From an uncultured bacterium (GTDB taxonomy: Bacteria; RBG-13-61-14; DATKZS01): a DNA stretch of 64,000 nt. Position 1 is the first letter of the stretch; the number at the start of each line of letters is the position of its first letter. This document shows positions 55,610 through 64,000 of this stretch, in pieces. The translations under genes and the position numbers were made by a program. The stretch lies in contig CAZYTX010000015.1 of the NCBI GenBank assembly GCA_964650485.1, positions 6,182 to 70,181 of the forward strand. Direction: 5' to 3'. A model generated the notes under the pieces. It searched no databases and was not told the DNA's origin. It saw only the letters and a program-made list of their open reading frames with translations.

Positions 55610-56605
55610 ATGAAGACAAAGGTTTTCGCTTTGTCGGTCGCGGCGCTTTTTTTAGTCGGGACCTACGCCTGTTCGCTGAAGGAAGTGGATAAAGCGGTGG
55701 ACACCGCGGATAAGGCGGCGGGCCTGGCTGAAAAGTTCGAGGACAAGGCCGAGGAAAAGAAGGGGTCCTCCGAAGGGGGAGAGACCGCCCAGGCTGCCGG
55801 AGGGGTTAGGCAACAAAGCGGTGTAAGGATTGACAAGTACGAGCCCAACGAGGACCTGCTGAGCCCCACCCAGGTCGAGTTGCCAGCCACCATAAAAGCC
55901 ACAATCGAGCCCGCAGGAGATATTGATTTTTACAAGTTCCACGTTGCCTCGAACAAAAGGGAATTGGTGAATGTCACCTTGCTTAACCCCACCACCAACC
56001 TTCGTCCTTGTTTGCATTTTTACAACCAGAACAGGGAACGCTTTGGGGGAACTGGTAGAGTACAACCCGGAACTGCAAAGGTCGGTGGAGAAATTATCGC
56101 CCTGCCAAATCAGGATTACTATGTAGCAGCATGTACTTCTTCATCAGGCAATTGCGCATGCAGAGAATCAGGAGGAAATTCCAGCAAGTATTACACCCTG
56201 AAGATAGAGCTTGCCGGAGTGGGTGATAAATATGAGCCCAATGAATCACTTACTGAGGCCACCACAGTCTCCCCCGGGAAAATAAAAGGCACCATCAACC
56301 CGAAAAACGACAAGGATGTTTACAAGGTCCGGTTCAGCAGGTCCGGCACAGTAAAGGTCACATTCCATAACCCCACGCTTAACCTTCAACCTTGTCTGCA
56401 TTTTTACGACCAGAACCGGCAACAATTTGGTCAAACGAGTAGGGTTCAAGCCGGCGCAGCCAAGACCGGAGGCAAATTCAATGTACAGCCCAATCAGGAT
56501 TATTATGTAAAAGTATGTACCTCTTCATCAGGTAATTGCGCATGCAGAGGATCGGGAGGAAATTCAGAAAAACCTTACACCCTTGAGATCAGGATGGTAG
56601 AGTAA
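55610..56605 (+). CDS. Lipoprotein/secreted protein with two tandem pre-peptidase C-terminal (PPC)-like domains
   Basis: Signal peptide MKTKVFALSVAALFLVGTYAC. Two ~125-aa repeats, each DKYEPNE...IEP.GD.DFYKF/VYKV...L.N.PCLHFY.QNR..FG...YYV..CTSSSGNCACR..GGNS.K.YTL, matching the DxYEPND...D.DwY.F...YYi.V pattern of PPC domains. Lower GC than neighbours. Confidence 0.5.
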   Translation: MKTKVFALSVAALFLVGTYACSLKEVDKAVDTADKAAGLAEKFEDKAEEKKGSSEGGETAQAAGGVRQQSGVRIDKYEPNEDLLSPTQVELPATIKATIEPAGDIDFYKFHVASNKRELVNVTLLNPTTNLRPCLHFYNQNRERFGGTGRVQPGTAKVGGEIIALPNQDYYVAACTSSSGNCACRESGGNSSKYYTLKIELAGVGDKYEPNESLTEATTVSPGKIKGTINPKNDKDVYKVRFSRSGTVKVTFHNPTLNLQPCLHFYDQNRQQFGQTSRVQAGAAKTGGKFNVQPNQDYYVKVCTSSSGNCACRGSGGNSEKPYTLEIRMVE

Positions 56606-56640
56606 TCAGCGGGAAGCGAGGGACTGGATGCGGGTTGTGA

Positions 56641-56669
56641 GTTGTGAGGGGTTCCAAGTCCCTCACAAC
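56641..56669. other. Perfect 10-bp-stem hairpin GTTGTGAGGG-N9-CCCTCACAAC between convergent genes (possible terminator/processing site)
   Basis: Sits between the PPC gene stop (56605) and the DUF2442 stop (56694). No U-tract follows on either strand, so intrinsic-terminator function is uncertain. Confidence 0.3.
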
Positions 56670-56693
56670 TAAAACCCTCACCCCTTAAATCTA

Positions 56694-56927
56694 TTACAGC
56701 AGCCCCTCCACGGAAAGGTCCTCGTCCAAATCCTGCCAATGGATTCCCACTCCCCCTCCGATCAGGCGCCAATTTCTACGCGCCTCAGGAGAAGCATCCC
56801 TCAGAGCTGGAAGCCATTCCAGGGGCACGGAAATCTCGCGCCCGTCAGCCAGGCGCACCTTTAAAAACTCGTCGGTCACCGTGACGTCAACCGCACACGG
56901 TTCTTTTTTAGCCGCTGAAATAGTCAT
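56694..56927 (-). CDS. DUF2442 family small protein
   Basis: C-terminal ...GVGIHWQDLDEDLSVEGLL matches the DUF2442 IHWPDLDEDISVEGLL signature. Starts 12 nt after the upstream rSAM gene. Confidence 0.55.
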   Translation of the reverse strand: MTISAAKKEPCAVDVTVTDEFLKVRLADGREISVPLEWLPALRDASPEARRNWRLIGGGVGIHWQDLDEDLSVEGLL

Positions 56928-56939
56928 ATCACCAAAGCC

Positions 56940-58340
56940 TCACCCGAAGTAGTGCTGCATCCTTTTGTAGAACTGGTATCTGAATATCAGCCTGTCGAGC
57001 GAGGGCTCCTTTACAAATTCCTTTATTAGCTGCGCCATGTTGTCCTTTAATATGAAGGCCTTCCTGTTCCTCAGCATCCTCGCGCGGGAGTCCAAGAGGT
57101 CCTGGTACTCGAGCCCGTCTATCTTCACGGGCGGGTCGCCGGAGCCGGTGCGGGGCAGGTAGTAGTCCAGGTCCGCGTAGTCTCTGACCATGATCCTGCC
57201 TTCCCTCTCGCACCTCTCTGCCAGGTGGGTGCCGATAAGGGGTGTGTAGATGGACACGTGCATGGTGCTGGGCCGAAGCTCCTTTATCAGCCGCTCGGTC
57301 TCCAGGAGGGCCCCCTTTGTCTCGTCGGGCGAGCCCAGGAGCACGTAAGCGTGGGTCCTGAACCCGAGCTCCTTGCATATCTGGAAGGCCTCCCTGGCCT
57401 GCTCCACGGTAGTGCCCTTGCCGATGGAGTCCAGGACCTTCTGCGAGCCGGACTCGATCCCGAAGAGCACGTAGTACACGTTCATACTTTTCAAGACGGC
57501 GGCCCGCTCGCGGTCGAAGGTGTCCACCCGGGAGTTGACCACGTACCTGAATTCGTGCAGCAGACCCGCCCGGTCGAGCTCGTCGCGCAGGCCGATCATC
57601 CAGCCCTTCTTTATGGTGAAGGTGTCGTCGTGGAAGAACACGTCGTGGATGCCGTACTTCATGTGACACTCTCGTATCTCCCGGGCCACCCTCTCCGGGC
57701 TTTGAAAGCGGACCTTCTTCCCGAACATACGCTCCAGTGTGGGCTGGCAGAACCTGCACCTGTAGGGGCAGCCGCGTGCCGAGTGCAGGTTTATGGCCCT
57801 GGCGCGCAGGTAGCTCTTGTGCACGTCCAACAGGTCCCGATCGGGCACGGGTATGGAGTCCAGGTCCACGGGCTGCGCCGGTCCGGTGTTCACGACTTCC
57901 CCGCCGCGACGGAGGGCCAGGCCGGGTATCCCATCCGGGTCCGTATGCCCGCGGACCGCGTCAAGGAGCGCGGGCAGGGAGTCCTCGCCCTCGCCCATGA
58001 CCGCGTAGTCGAGCTCCGGTATCCTGCACAGGGTGTCCTCCGGGAGTATGGTGGGGTGCGGCCCGCCGGCTATGGTGGCCGCGCCGGCCTCCTTGGCGGC
58101 CTTTATTACCTTTTCGGCCGCGGGGAAGAAGTCGGTGAGGAAAGACACGCCCACCGCGTCCGGCCTCTCGGCCTGGATCATCCTGACCACGCGGTTTGTG
58201 TCGGGCTCGAAGCTGGTGTCGTGGCAGGTGACCTGGTGGCCGGCCTTTTTAAGTATGGTGCCCAGAGTGATGATGCCGAGCGGCGGCCACATGCCGTGCA
58301 CCTGTCCTGAGAGTCGGGGGAATATGAGGGCGACCTTCAT
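56940..58340 (-). CDS. B12-binding-domain radical SAM protein, paralog 3
   Basis: MKVALIFPRL...GIITLGTILKKAGH (B12-binding fold), SARGCPYRCRFCQP (Cx3Cx2C), ...VLFGIESGSQ.... Confidence 0.75.
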   Translation of the reverse strand: MKVALIFPRLSGQVHGMWPPLGIITLGTILKKAGHQVTCHDTSFEPDTNRVVRMIQAERPDAVGVSFLTDFFPAAEKVIKAAKEAGAATIAGGPHPTILPEDTLCRIPELDYAVMGEGEDSLPALLDAVRGHTDPDGIPGLALRRGGEVVNTGPAQPVDLDSIPVPDRDLLDVHKSYLRARAINLHSARGCPYRCRFCQPTLERMFGKKVRFQSPERVAREIRECHMKYGIHDVFFHDDTFTIKKGWMIGLRDELDRAGLLHEFRYVVNSRVDTFDRERAAVLKSMNVYYVLFGIESGSQKVLDSIGKGTTVEQAREAFQICKELGFRTHAYVLLGSPDETKGALLETERLIKELRPSTMHVSIYTPLIGTHLAERCEREGRIMVRDYADLDYYLPRTGSGDPPVKIDGLEYQDLLDSRARMLRNRKAFILKDNMAQLIKEFVKEPSLDRLIFRYQFYKRMQHYFG

Positions 58341-58378
58341 CTTAGCGGGCCTTTAAATAGAATCATACATTTTTTATT

Positions 58379-58477
58379 CACACAGAGGCACGGAGAGCAC
58401 AGAGGAAAGAAAAATAACATAGCGTATGTTCCCGTTTATTGTTCATCCAGCTCTGTATTCTCTGTGCCTCTGTGCGA
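58379..58477. repeat. Inverted arrays of 8-bp direct repeats, copy 2 (CACAGAGG CACGGAGAG CACAGAGG ... spacer ... CTCTGTAT TCTCTGTGC CTCTGTGCGA)
   Basis: Same arm sequences as 31058-31160 (18-nt identity CTCTGTGCCTCTGTGCGA). On the minus strand the proximal arm lies ~40 bp upstream of the rSAM paralog-3 start codon. Sits between secA and that gene. Confidence 0.6.
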
Positions 58478-58553
58478 AAAAACCTTGCTCATACCTATCT
58501 TGGACAGCAATGAAAAGTAGTACAAACCCCGGGGACACTCATCAGTATGGCGC

Positions 58554-61500
58554 TTACACCCCGCAGCACTTCTTGTACTTCTTTCCCGAGCCGCAGGGAC
58601 AGGGGTCGTTCCTTCCCACCTTGGGGACCTCGTGCCTGAAGGTCACGGGCTTCTCGTCTTCCGCTGGACTGATGGGCTCGCGGCCCCCGTCGGGCGCTGA
58701 CTCCGCTGCCTGGGCCGCGGGCATGGCCGGCCTTCCGCCCCTTCCGGCCCTCATGCCTCGTATTGCCCTGCGCCTCCTCTCCATCCTCTCCTGCTCCGGG
58801 TCAACGGGCTGGATGCGGGAGATCCTCTGCACGGCCTCGGAGTGCACGTTGAACACGAAGTCCTGGAACAGGTTTATGGACTCGCGCTTGTACTCGACCA
58901 GGGGGTCCTTCTGCCCGTATCCCGCCAGTCCGATGCCCTCTTTGAGGTGGTCCATGTCCAGGAGGTGGTCCTGCCACAAAGAGTCAATGGTGAAAAGGTA
59001 TATGTCCTTCTCCACCTGGTCCATGGTCTCGGTTCCGATGGCTTCGCGCTTTTGCTGGTACGACTTTATTGCCTGCTCTGCTATCATGCTTGCGAGGTCG
59101 TCCGGGTGGGTGGAGTCCAGCTTCTCCGGGTCCAGGATCACGGCCACCCCGAGCTGCTGCGCCGCCTTGAGGGTCATCTGTTTCCAGTCCCACTCCTCCT
59201 CGGGTGTCTTCTCGTCGCCGAAGGAGTAGACGATGTCCTCGGCCACCCGGGTGACGGCGTCCTCCACCCGGGCCTGGATGCCCTCCTCCCTCATGATGTC
59301 GCGCCGGAGCCCGTAGACTATCTCCCGCTGCTGGTTCATCACGTCGTCGTAGTCCAGCAGCCGCTTCCTGATCTCGAAGTTGTGTTGCTCGACCTTTGCC
59401 TGTGCGCGCTGTATGGCCCTGGACACCATCTTGTGCTCGATGGGCTCGTTGTCCTCGATCCCGATCCTGTCCATTATCTTTGCCAGCGAGTCGGAGCCGA
59501 AGATGCGCATGAGGTCGTCCTCGAGTGAGAGGTAGAAGCGAGAGCTTCCCGGGTCCCCCTGCCTGCCGGATCGTCCCCGGAGCTGGTTGTCAATGCGCCG
59601 GGACTCGTGCCTCTCGGTGCCGATGATGTGCAGCCCCCCCTGGTCCACCACCTTGTTGTGCTCGTCCTCCCACGCGGCGCGGAACCTGGCCATGAGCTCC
59701 TTGAACCTCTCCTCGTCCCCCTTGGCCGCGGTCTTGGCCATCATCTCCGGGTTGCCGCCCAGTATGATGTCTGTGCCGCGTCCGGCCATGTTGGTGGATA
59801 TGGTGACCGCTCCCAGCCGGCCGGCCTGTGCCACTATCTCTGCCTCCCTCTCGTGGTGCTTGGCGTTCAGGATATTATGGCGTATGCCGCGGTTCTTTAG
59901 CATGCGGTGCAGCCGCTCGGACTTCTCCACCGAGGTGGTGCCCACCAGTATGGGCTGGCCGGTCTCGTTGACTTGTTCGATCTCTTCCACCACCGCGGCG
60001 AACTTCTGCTTCTCGGTCTTGTAAATAACATCCGAATGGTCCTCCCTCACCATGGGCATGTGGGTGGGGATGACCCTCACGTCCATCTTGTAGGTGTTGT
60101 GGAACTCCTCCTCCTCGGTCTCCGCGGTGCCGGTCATTCCGGCAAGCTTCTTGTACATGCGGAAGTAGTTCTGCAGGGTGATGGTGGCGATGGTTTGTGT
60201 GGCCTTTGCGATTGAGAGGTTCTCCTTGGCCTCGATGGCCTGGTGGAGCCCGTCCGAGTACCTTCTCCCTTCCATCTTCCTGCCGGTGAACTCGTCCACT
60301 ATCACCACCCGTCCGTTCTCGACCATGTACTCGTCGTCCAGCTCGAACATGTTGTAGGCTTTGAGGAGCTGGCTTACCACGTGCAGCTTCTCGCTCTTGT
60401 CCTGGTAGTCACGGGTGAGCTCGTCCAGCCTGGCGGCCTTGTCCTCCGCGGACAGGCTCTCGTCACGGTTGATCTCGTCCTCCGCTGTGGAGAGCTCGGG
60501 CAGCACGAACACGTCTCCGATGATGCCCACGAGCTCCTCCTGTCCCTCCTCGGTCAGCTCGATTGAGTTGTCCTGCTCGTTGTGCGCGTAGAGCAGCCCC
60601 TTTTTCAGCTCGTACAGGGTCTTGTTCATGCGGAGCTGGTTCTGCACCCGCTCCATCTCCTTTTTTGTCTCCTTGTTGGAGGCGATGAGGTTGAACAGCT
60701 CCTTGTTCTTGGGGTCTCCGGCCTGCACCTGGCAGAGCTTGAAGTAGTACTCCTCGCTGGCGCCGTTGTCCTTCTGCAGGCGGCGGGCCTCGGAGAAAAT
60801 CTTCCTCACTATCTGCTTCTGCCTTTTCACCAGCCGCTCCACCGGCTGCCTGAGCTCGGCATAGGCCCTGGTGTCGTCCCGGTCAACCTCCCCGGATATG
60901 ATGAGCGGGGTGCGGGCCTCGTCTATGAGTATCGAGTCAACCTCGTCAACTATGGCGTAGTAGAGGGGATCGGGCTGCACCATCTCTTCCGCCCGGTGCT
61001 TCAAGTTGTCGCGCAGGTAGTCGAACCCGAACTCGGAGTTGGTCCCGTATGTCACGTCGCAGGAGTAGGCCTGCTTCCTCTCCTCGTCGGGCATGTCGTG
61101 CTGCAGGGAGGAGGCGGAGAGCCCCAGCAGGTTGTACACCGGTCCCATCCACTCGGCGTCGCGCCGCGCCAGGTAGTCGTTCACCGTGATGACGTGCACC
61201 CCCTGTCCCAGCAGGGCGTTCAGGGCCACAGGGCAGGTGGCGGCCAGGGTCTTTCCCTCGCCGGTCTTCATCTCCGCTATCTTGCCCTGGTGCAGGGCGA
61301 TGGCGCCCAGCATCTGCACGTCGTAATGGCGCTGTCCCAGGGTGCGCCTGGCAGCCTCCCTGGTGGCGGCGAACACCTCGGGTAACAGCCCGTCGAGCTT
61401 TTTCATGTAGCGGTCCCAGTCATCGTCGGTGAAGTTCCTGCGCTCCTCCTGGACAGCATCCCAGTCTTTATCAAAGATGCGCTTCCGCCACTTCCCGGCC

Positions 61501-61652
61501 AGGCCGCTCATCTGCTCGTCGGTCATGGACTCGAACTCGGGCTCGAGCGCGTTGATCTCGTGGACTATGGGCCATATCTCTTTTAGCACGCGCTCGTTCT
61601 TGGACCCGAAGATCCTGACCGCGATCGAGCTTAGGCTGGACATTACTGACAT
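58554..61652 (-). CDS. secA: Preprotein translocase ATPase SecA (with C-terminal SEC-C zinc-binding motif)
   Basis: 1032 aa. N-terminal [17 protein letters not shown]-like motor motifs, C-terminal [20 protein letters not shown]. Confidence 0.95.
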   Translation of the reverse strand: MSVMSSLSSIAVRIFGSKNERVLKEIWPIVHEINALEPEFESMTDEQMSGLAGKWRKRIFDKDWDAVQEERRNFTDDDWDRYMKKLDGLLPEVFAATREAARRTLGQRHYDVQMLGAIALHQGKIAEMKTGEGKTLAATCPVALNALLGQGVHVITVNDYLARRDAEWMGPVYNLLGLSASSLQHDMPDEERKQAYSCDVTYGTNSEFGFDYLRDNLKHRAEEMVQPDPLYYAIVDEVDSILIDEARTPLIISGEVDRDDTRAYAELRQPVERLVKRQKQIVRKIFSEARRLQKDNGASEEYYFKLCQVQAGDPKNKELFNLIASNKETKKEMERVQNQLRMNKTLYELKKGLLYAHNEQDNSIELTEEGQEELVGIIGDVFVLPELSTAEDEINRDESLSAEDKAARLDELTRDYQDKSEKLHVVSQLLKAYNMFELDDEYMVENGRVVIVDEFTGRKMEGRRYSDGLHQAIEAKENLSIAKATQTIATITLQNYFRMYKKLAGMTGTAETEEEEFHNTYKMDVRVIPTHMPMVREDHSDVIYKTEKQKFAAVVEEIEQVNETGQPILVGTTSVEKSERLHRMLKNRGIRHNILNAKHHEREAEIVAQAGRLGAVTISTNMAGRGTDIILGGNPEMMAKTAAKGDEERFKELMARFRAAWEDEHNKVVDQGGLHIIGTERHESRRIDNQLRGRSGRQGDPGSSRFYLSLEDDLMRIFGSDSLAKIMDRIGIEDNEPIEHKMVSRAIQRAQAKVEQHNFEIRKRLLDYDDVMNQQREIVYGLRRDIMREEGIQARVEDAVTRVAEDIVYSFGDEKTPEEEWDWKQMTLKAAQQLGVAVILDPEKLDSTHPDDLASMIAEQAIKSYQQKREAIGTETMDQVEKDIYLFTIDSLWQDHLLDMDHLKEGIGLAGYGQKDPLVEYKRESINLFQDFVFNVHSEAVQRISRIQPVDPEQERMERRRRAIRGMRAGRGGRPAMPAAQAAESAPDGGREPISPAEDEKPVTFRHEVPKVGRNDPCPCGSGKKYKKCCGV

Positions 61653-61776
61653 CTATATCAAAACTCCCTTTTCTCAGGACTAGCCATGCAAAAATACTCA
61701 ACATATTAGTATAAATGTGGGGGGAAGATGTTGCAAGGGCCAAGGCGGGTCGCGGGTTCTTTAAGGCCCTTTTTCC

Positions 61777-62640
61777 CTATAACAGGGACACGCCGATGAA
61801 CGGCTTGTACCCCTTTCGCCTGGCTTCTAAAGCCGTGTGCAAGGTGGGCATGAAGAAGGGGTCGGGAACGTGTACGCCCAGGCCGGGCAGCGGCCTTGTG
61901 AACCCGTACTTCTTTCCCTGGAACAGGTATCGCAAGAGGGGGAACCTGAACTGGTAGTCGTAGCTAAGCCTTCCCCTGGCCACCAGGCTCACGAAGTCGG
62001 CCACTGTCTCCGGGTCCCTGGTGATGCCCTTTATATTGGGGTGCTTGGTCCTCCATTTCTCCACCGCCTCTTCAGAGCTGAAGAAGCTGTTAAAGTCGCA
62101 CCAGCCCACCGCGTCGTCCGGCATGTACCGGAGTGGAACACCGAAGTGCACACGCAGGCTCTTGGGCGAGTAGTGGAGCAGCTTTCCGTCTTTTCCCACG
62201 AGTTCGACCGGCTCCTTGGTGTAGCGGCACACGGAATTCACCTTCACCTCCTTGCCCGGGAACATGGAGGAGATGCCGCAAACCTCCACCGCGCATTCGC
62301 CATACCACTTCTGCTCGCCCTCGACCTCGATCCTGTAGTGGTTCTTGAAAGATGCAAAGGGCCGGGCGTAAAAGACCTCGCCCACCTCCGGCACCGGCTC
62401 CGCAAGCTTCTCCTCCTGGAAGTACTCGATGCCGGCGTGGGCCTCGTTCTGCAGGCCCACCACGATCGCGGCCTCCAGGTCCCTCATGATCCCGGAGAGC
62501 TCATCCGGGCCCATGGAGAGGGCCTCGGATATCTCCGCCTTCTTGGGGACCGTGCCGTCGGCCACAACCCGGTCCATGATCATCTTCCTCACCTTCTTGG
62601 CCTTCTCGTACAACGCCGGCATCAGTCCTTCTCCTTTCAT
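61777..62640 (-). CDS. Alkylmercury lyase (MerB) family protein with N-terminal extension; no other mer genes present
   Basis: WYGECAVEVCG aligns with MerB YAWCALD (Cys, then Asp replaced by Glu at +3). GWCDFNSFFSSEEAVEKW aligns with MerB FCCHVHFFASVPTAEDW (second catalytic Cys). Family call is from memory of MerB motifs. Confidence 0.45.
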   Translation of the reverse strand: MKGEGLMPALYEKAKKVRKMIMDRVVADGTVPKKAEISEALSMGPDELSGIMRDLEAAIVVGLQNEAHAGIEYFQEEKLAEPVPEVGEVFYARPFASFKNHYRIEVEGEQKWYGECAVEVCGISSMFPGKEVKVNSVCRYTKEPVELVGKDGKLLHYSPKSLRVHFGVPLRYMPDDAVGWCDFNSFFSSEEAVEKWRTKHPNIKGITRDPETVADFVSLVARGRLSYDYQFRFPLLRYLFQGKKYGFTRPLPGLGVHVPDPFFMPTLHTALEARRKGYKPFIGVSLL

Positions 62641-62810
62641 GTTTCCACAAACACCAAAGACAGCAAGTGGAGAACATTAAAATGTCATTTACTTTCAGTC
62701 TTGTCAAAGTAGCCTCTGAATAAATAGAATAAATACGTCCTCCTGAATTTGTGGCATAATGGACTGGGTTATCATGGCCCAAAAACCACAACCAAAAGGA
62801 GGACAAGACT

Positions 62811-63188
62811 ATGTTACGCGTATCCAGTCTCTTCAGTCAACTGCTCCACCACTTCCCCCGGTCCGAGTTCGCATCCCTGGTCAAAAAGCACAACGCCGAG
62901 TACAAGGCAAAAGGCTTCACCTGCTGGAGCCAGTTCGTGTCCATGATCTTCTGCCACCTGGCGGGCGCCGGCTCACTCCGGGACATCCGCAACGGGCTCA
63001 AGTGCTGCCTGGGAAAGGTGCGGCACCTCGACCGAAGGCTGCCGCCTCCGGCGGGCATGCTCCTTGACAAAAGAGCGGATTCCGCTAATCACGTCCCTGA
63101 CACACAAATAGTTGCATCACCTGTGCGCTTTAATTTTGCTTGCATCGCGTTTGATAATGTGGTAAATTATATTGACTTTAATGAATGA
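62811..63188 (+). mobile_element. Remnant of an IS4-family transposase gene (N-terminal DUF4372 domain only; truncated after ~85 aa)
   Basis: MLRVSSLFSQLLHHFPRSEFASLVKKHNAEYKAKGFTCWSQFVSMIFCHLAGAGSLRDIRNGLKCCLGKVRHL matches the conserved N-terminus of DUF4372-containing IS4-family transposases (..FSQL...P..EF...V.....RY.K.F.CW.QF..M.F.QL....SLRDI...L.....K.YHLG). Sequence then diverges and stops. It retains AAGGAGG RBS and CATAAT -10, in an AT-rich patch. Confidence 0.55.
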
Positions 63189-63199
63189 ATGTTCATTCA
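63182..63199. promoter_or_regulatory. Perfect inverted repeat TGAATGAA-TG-TTCATTCA (candidate TetR/FadR-type operator) upstream of an acyl-CoA dehydrogenase gene
   Basis: An 8+8 palindrome with 2-bp spacer follows a TTGACT -35-like hexamer (63172-63177) immediately upstream, ~160 bp 5' of the acdh start. It resembles fatty-acid-degradation regulator boxes of the TGAATGA...TCATTCA type. Confidence 0.4.
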
Positions 63200-63357
63200 G
63201 TAACGAGGGTTCTTCAGGAAAACAGGTCGAATAAACGGGTCTGATAGAATAATGAGGGCCTGATTCAAGATATAGAAATATATAATCATGGTGTCCCGAT
63301 CAGAGGTGAAGTTCTGGGTCGGGGGAAGTGAAAACAAATTCAGAGGAGGTCCAAGAT

Positions 63358-64000
63358 GCCGGGAAAAATAGTTGACAAGAGAGACATCGAGTTCGTGTTA
63401 TGGGAGCAGCTCGACCTGGAAAAACACCTTGACCACGAGGTGTTCAAGGGCTATGGCAAGGACGAGTTCAACATGATCATTGAGGAGGCCCTGAAGTTCG
63501 CCGAGGGCTCGGTTTACCCGGCCAACGTGGAGGGCGACAGGGAGGGCGTTCACCTGGAGGACGGCCAGGTAAAGGCCCCTCCCTCCTACAAGCCTGTTTA
63601 TGACACCATGGTTGAGGGCGGCTGGATGGGTCTTGCATCCCCCGAGGAGTATGGAGGCCAGGACCTGCCCGAGGTAATCAGCATCGTTGCCAACGAGCTT
63701 TTGGTGGCAGGCTCGGTGGCGTTCGCCATATATCCCGGCCTCACCCGGGCCGCGGGCCACCTCATGGAGACCTACTGCAACGACGAGCAGAAGCAGAAGT
63801 ATCTGCCCAAGATGGTAGAGGGCAAGTGGCAGGGGACCATGGCGCTGACCGAGCCCCAGGCCGGCTCCGCCCTGGGCGACCTCAAGACCTCGGCCAAGAA
63901 GCGCGACGACGGCACATGGAGCATCTCCGGCAACAAGATTTTCATCTCCGGGGCTGACCACGACATGGTGGAGAACGTGGTCCACCTGGTGCTGGCCAGG
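63358..64000 (+). CDS. Acyl-CoA dehydrogenase, N-terminal part (3' end outside window)
   Basis: AGGAGG RBS 6 nt upstream of the ATG. ...GWMGLASPEEYGGQDLPEV...MALTEPQAGSALGDLKT... are acyl-CoA dehydrogenase N-terminal/middle-domain motifs. Not in the ORF track because no stop falls in the window. Confidence 0.75.

Noticed and set aside
58379-58477. Long inverted repeats (here and at 31058-31160) considered as rho-independent terminators or as a CRISPR/MITE
   Set aside because: A ~60-nt loop and no U-tract after the stem on either strand argue against an intrinsic terminator. Only two arms with unrelated spacers and no cas genes, so not CRISPR. Kept as a putative regulatory repeat instead.

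Overview
This is a 64-kb window of high-GC (about 60-65% by eye) bacterial chromosome with short AT-rich intergenic spacers. The gene content (glycyl radical enzyme, formate-THF ligase, coenzyme-B12 acyl-CoA mutase, four radical-SAM enzymes, archaeal-type AroA'/AroB', RACo-like corrinoid activator) points to an anaerobe, perhaps Desulfobacterota-like; that taxon guess is low confidence. The window holds about 55 protein genes, including the 3' end of ftsX with an envC-like gene, secA, fhs, pepA, gmd, an MCP, an HlyD/ABC-2 exporter, an OPT transporter and exbD-tonB. I found no rRNA, tRNA or CRISPR. Five things stand out as not ordinary. (1) A translationally coupled minus-strand operon at 47.2-55.3 kb encodes a GT-C-like membrane protein, a DPM1-like GT2, two B12-binding radical-SAM enzymes, a GT9 heptosyltransferase-like protein and a RACo-like ASKHA/[2Fe-2S] corrinoid reductive activator, with a third B12-rSAM 1.6 kb away. 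I read this as a candidate novel glycan C-methylation/glycosylation system with a dedicated cobalamin reactivase. (2) A tight plus-strand operon encodes DUF885 putative metallopeptidase, circularly permuted ATP-grasp ligase, SAM methyltransferase and two DsbA/HCCA-isomerase paralogs. (3) Two families of dispersed intergenic repeats: a ~50-nt hairpin+SD leader module shared by the envC-like and hisA genes, and paired inverted arrays of 8-bp CTCTGTGC repeats about 40 bp upstream of two start codons. (4) A SPASM radical-SAM (anSME-like) carries a SecA-type SEC-C tail nearly identical in DNA to the secA 3' end in the same window. (5) A glycyl radical enzyme has no adjacent activase. Lower-GC patches (a secreted hypothetical protein, a tandem-PPC-domain lipoprotein, a MerB-like gene next to an IS4-family transposase remnant) look horizontally acquired. 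Every call is from reading the sequence and recalling protein-family motifs; no searches were run.
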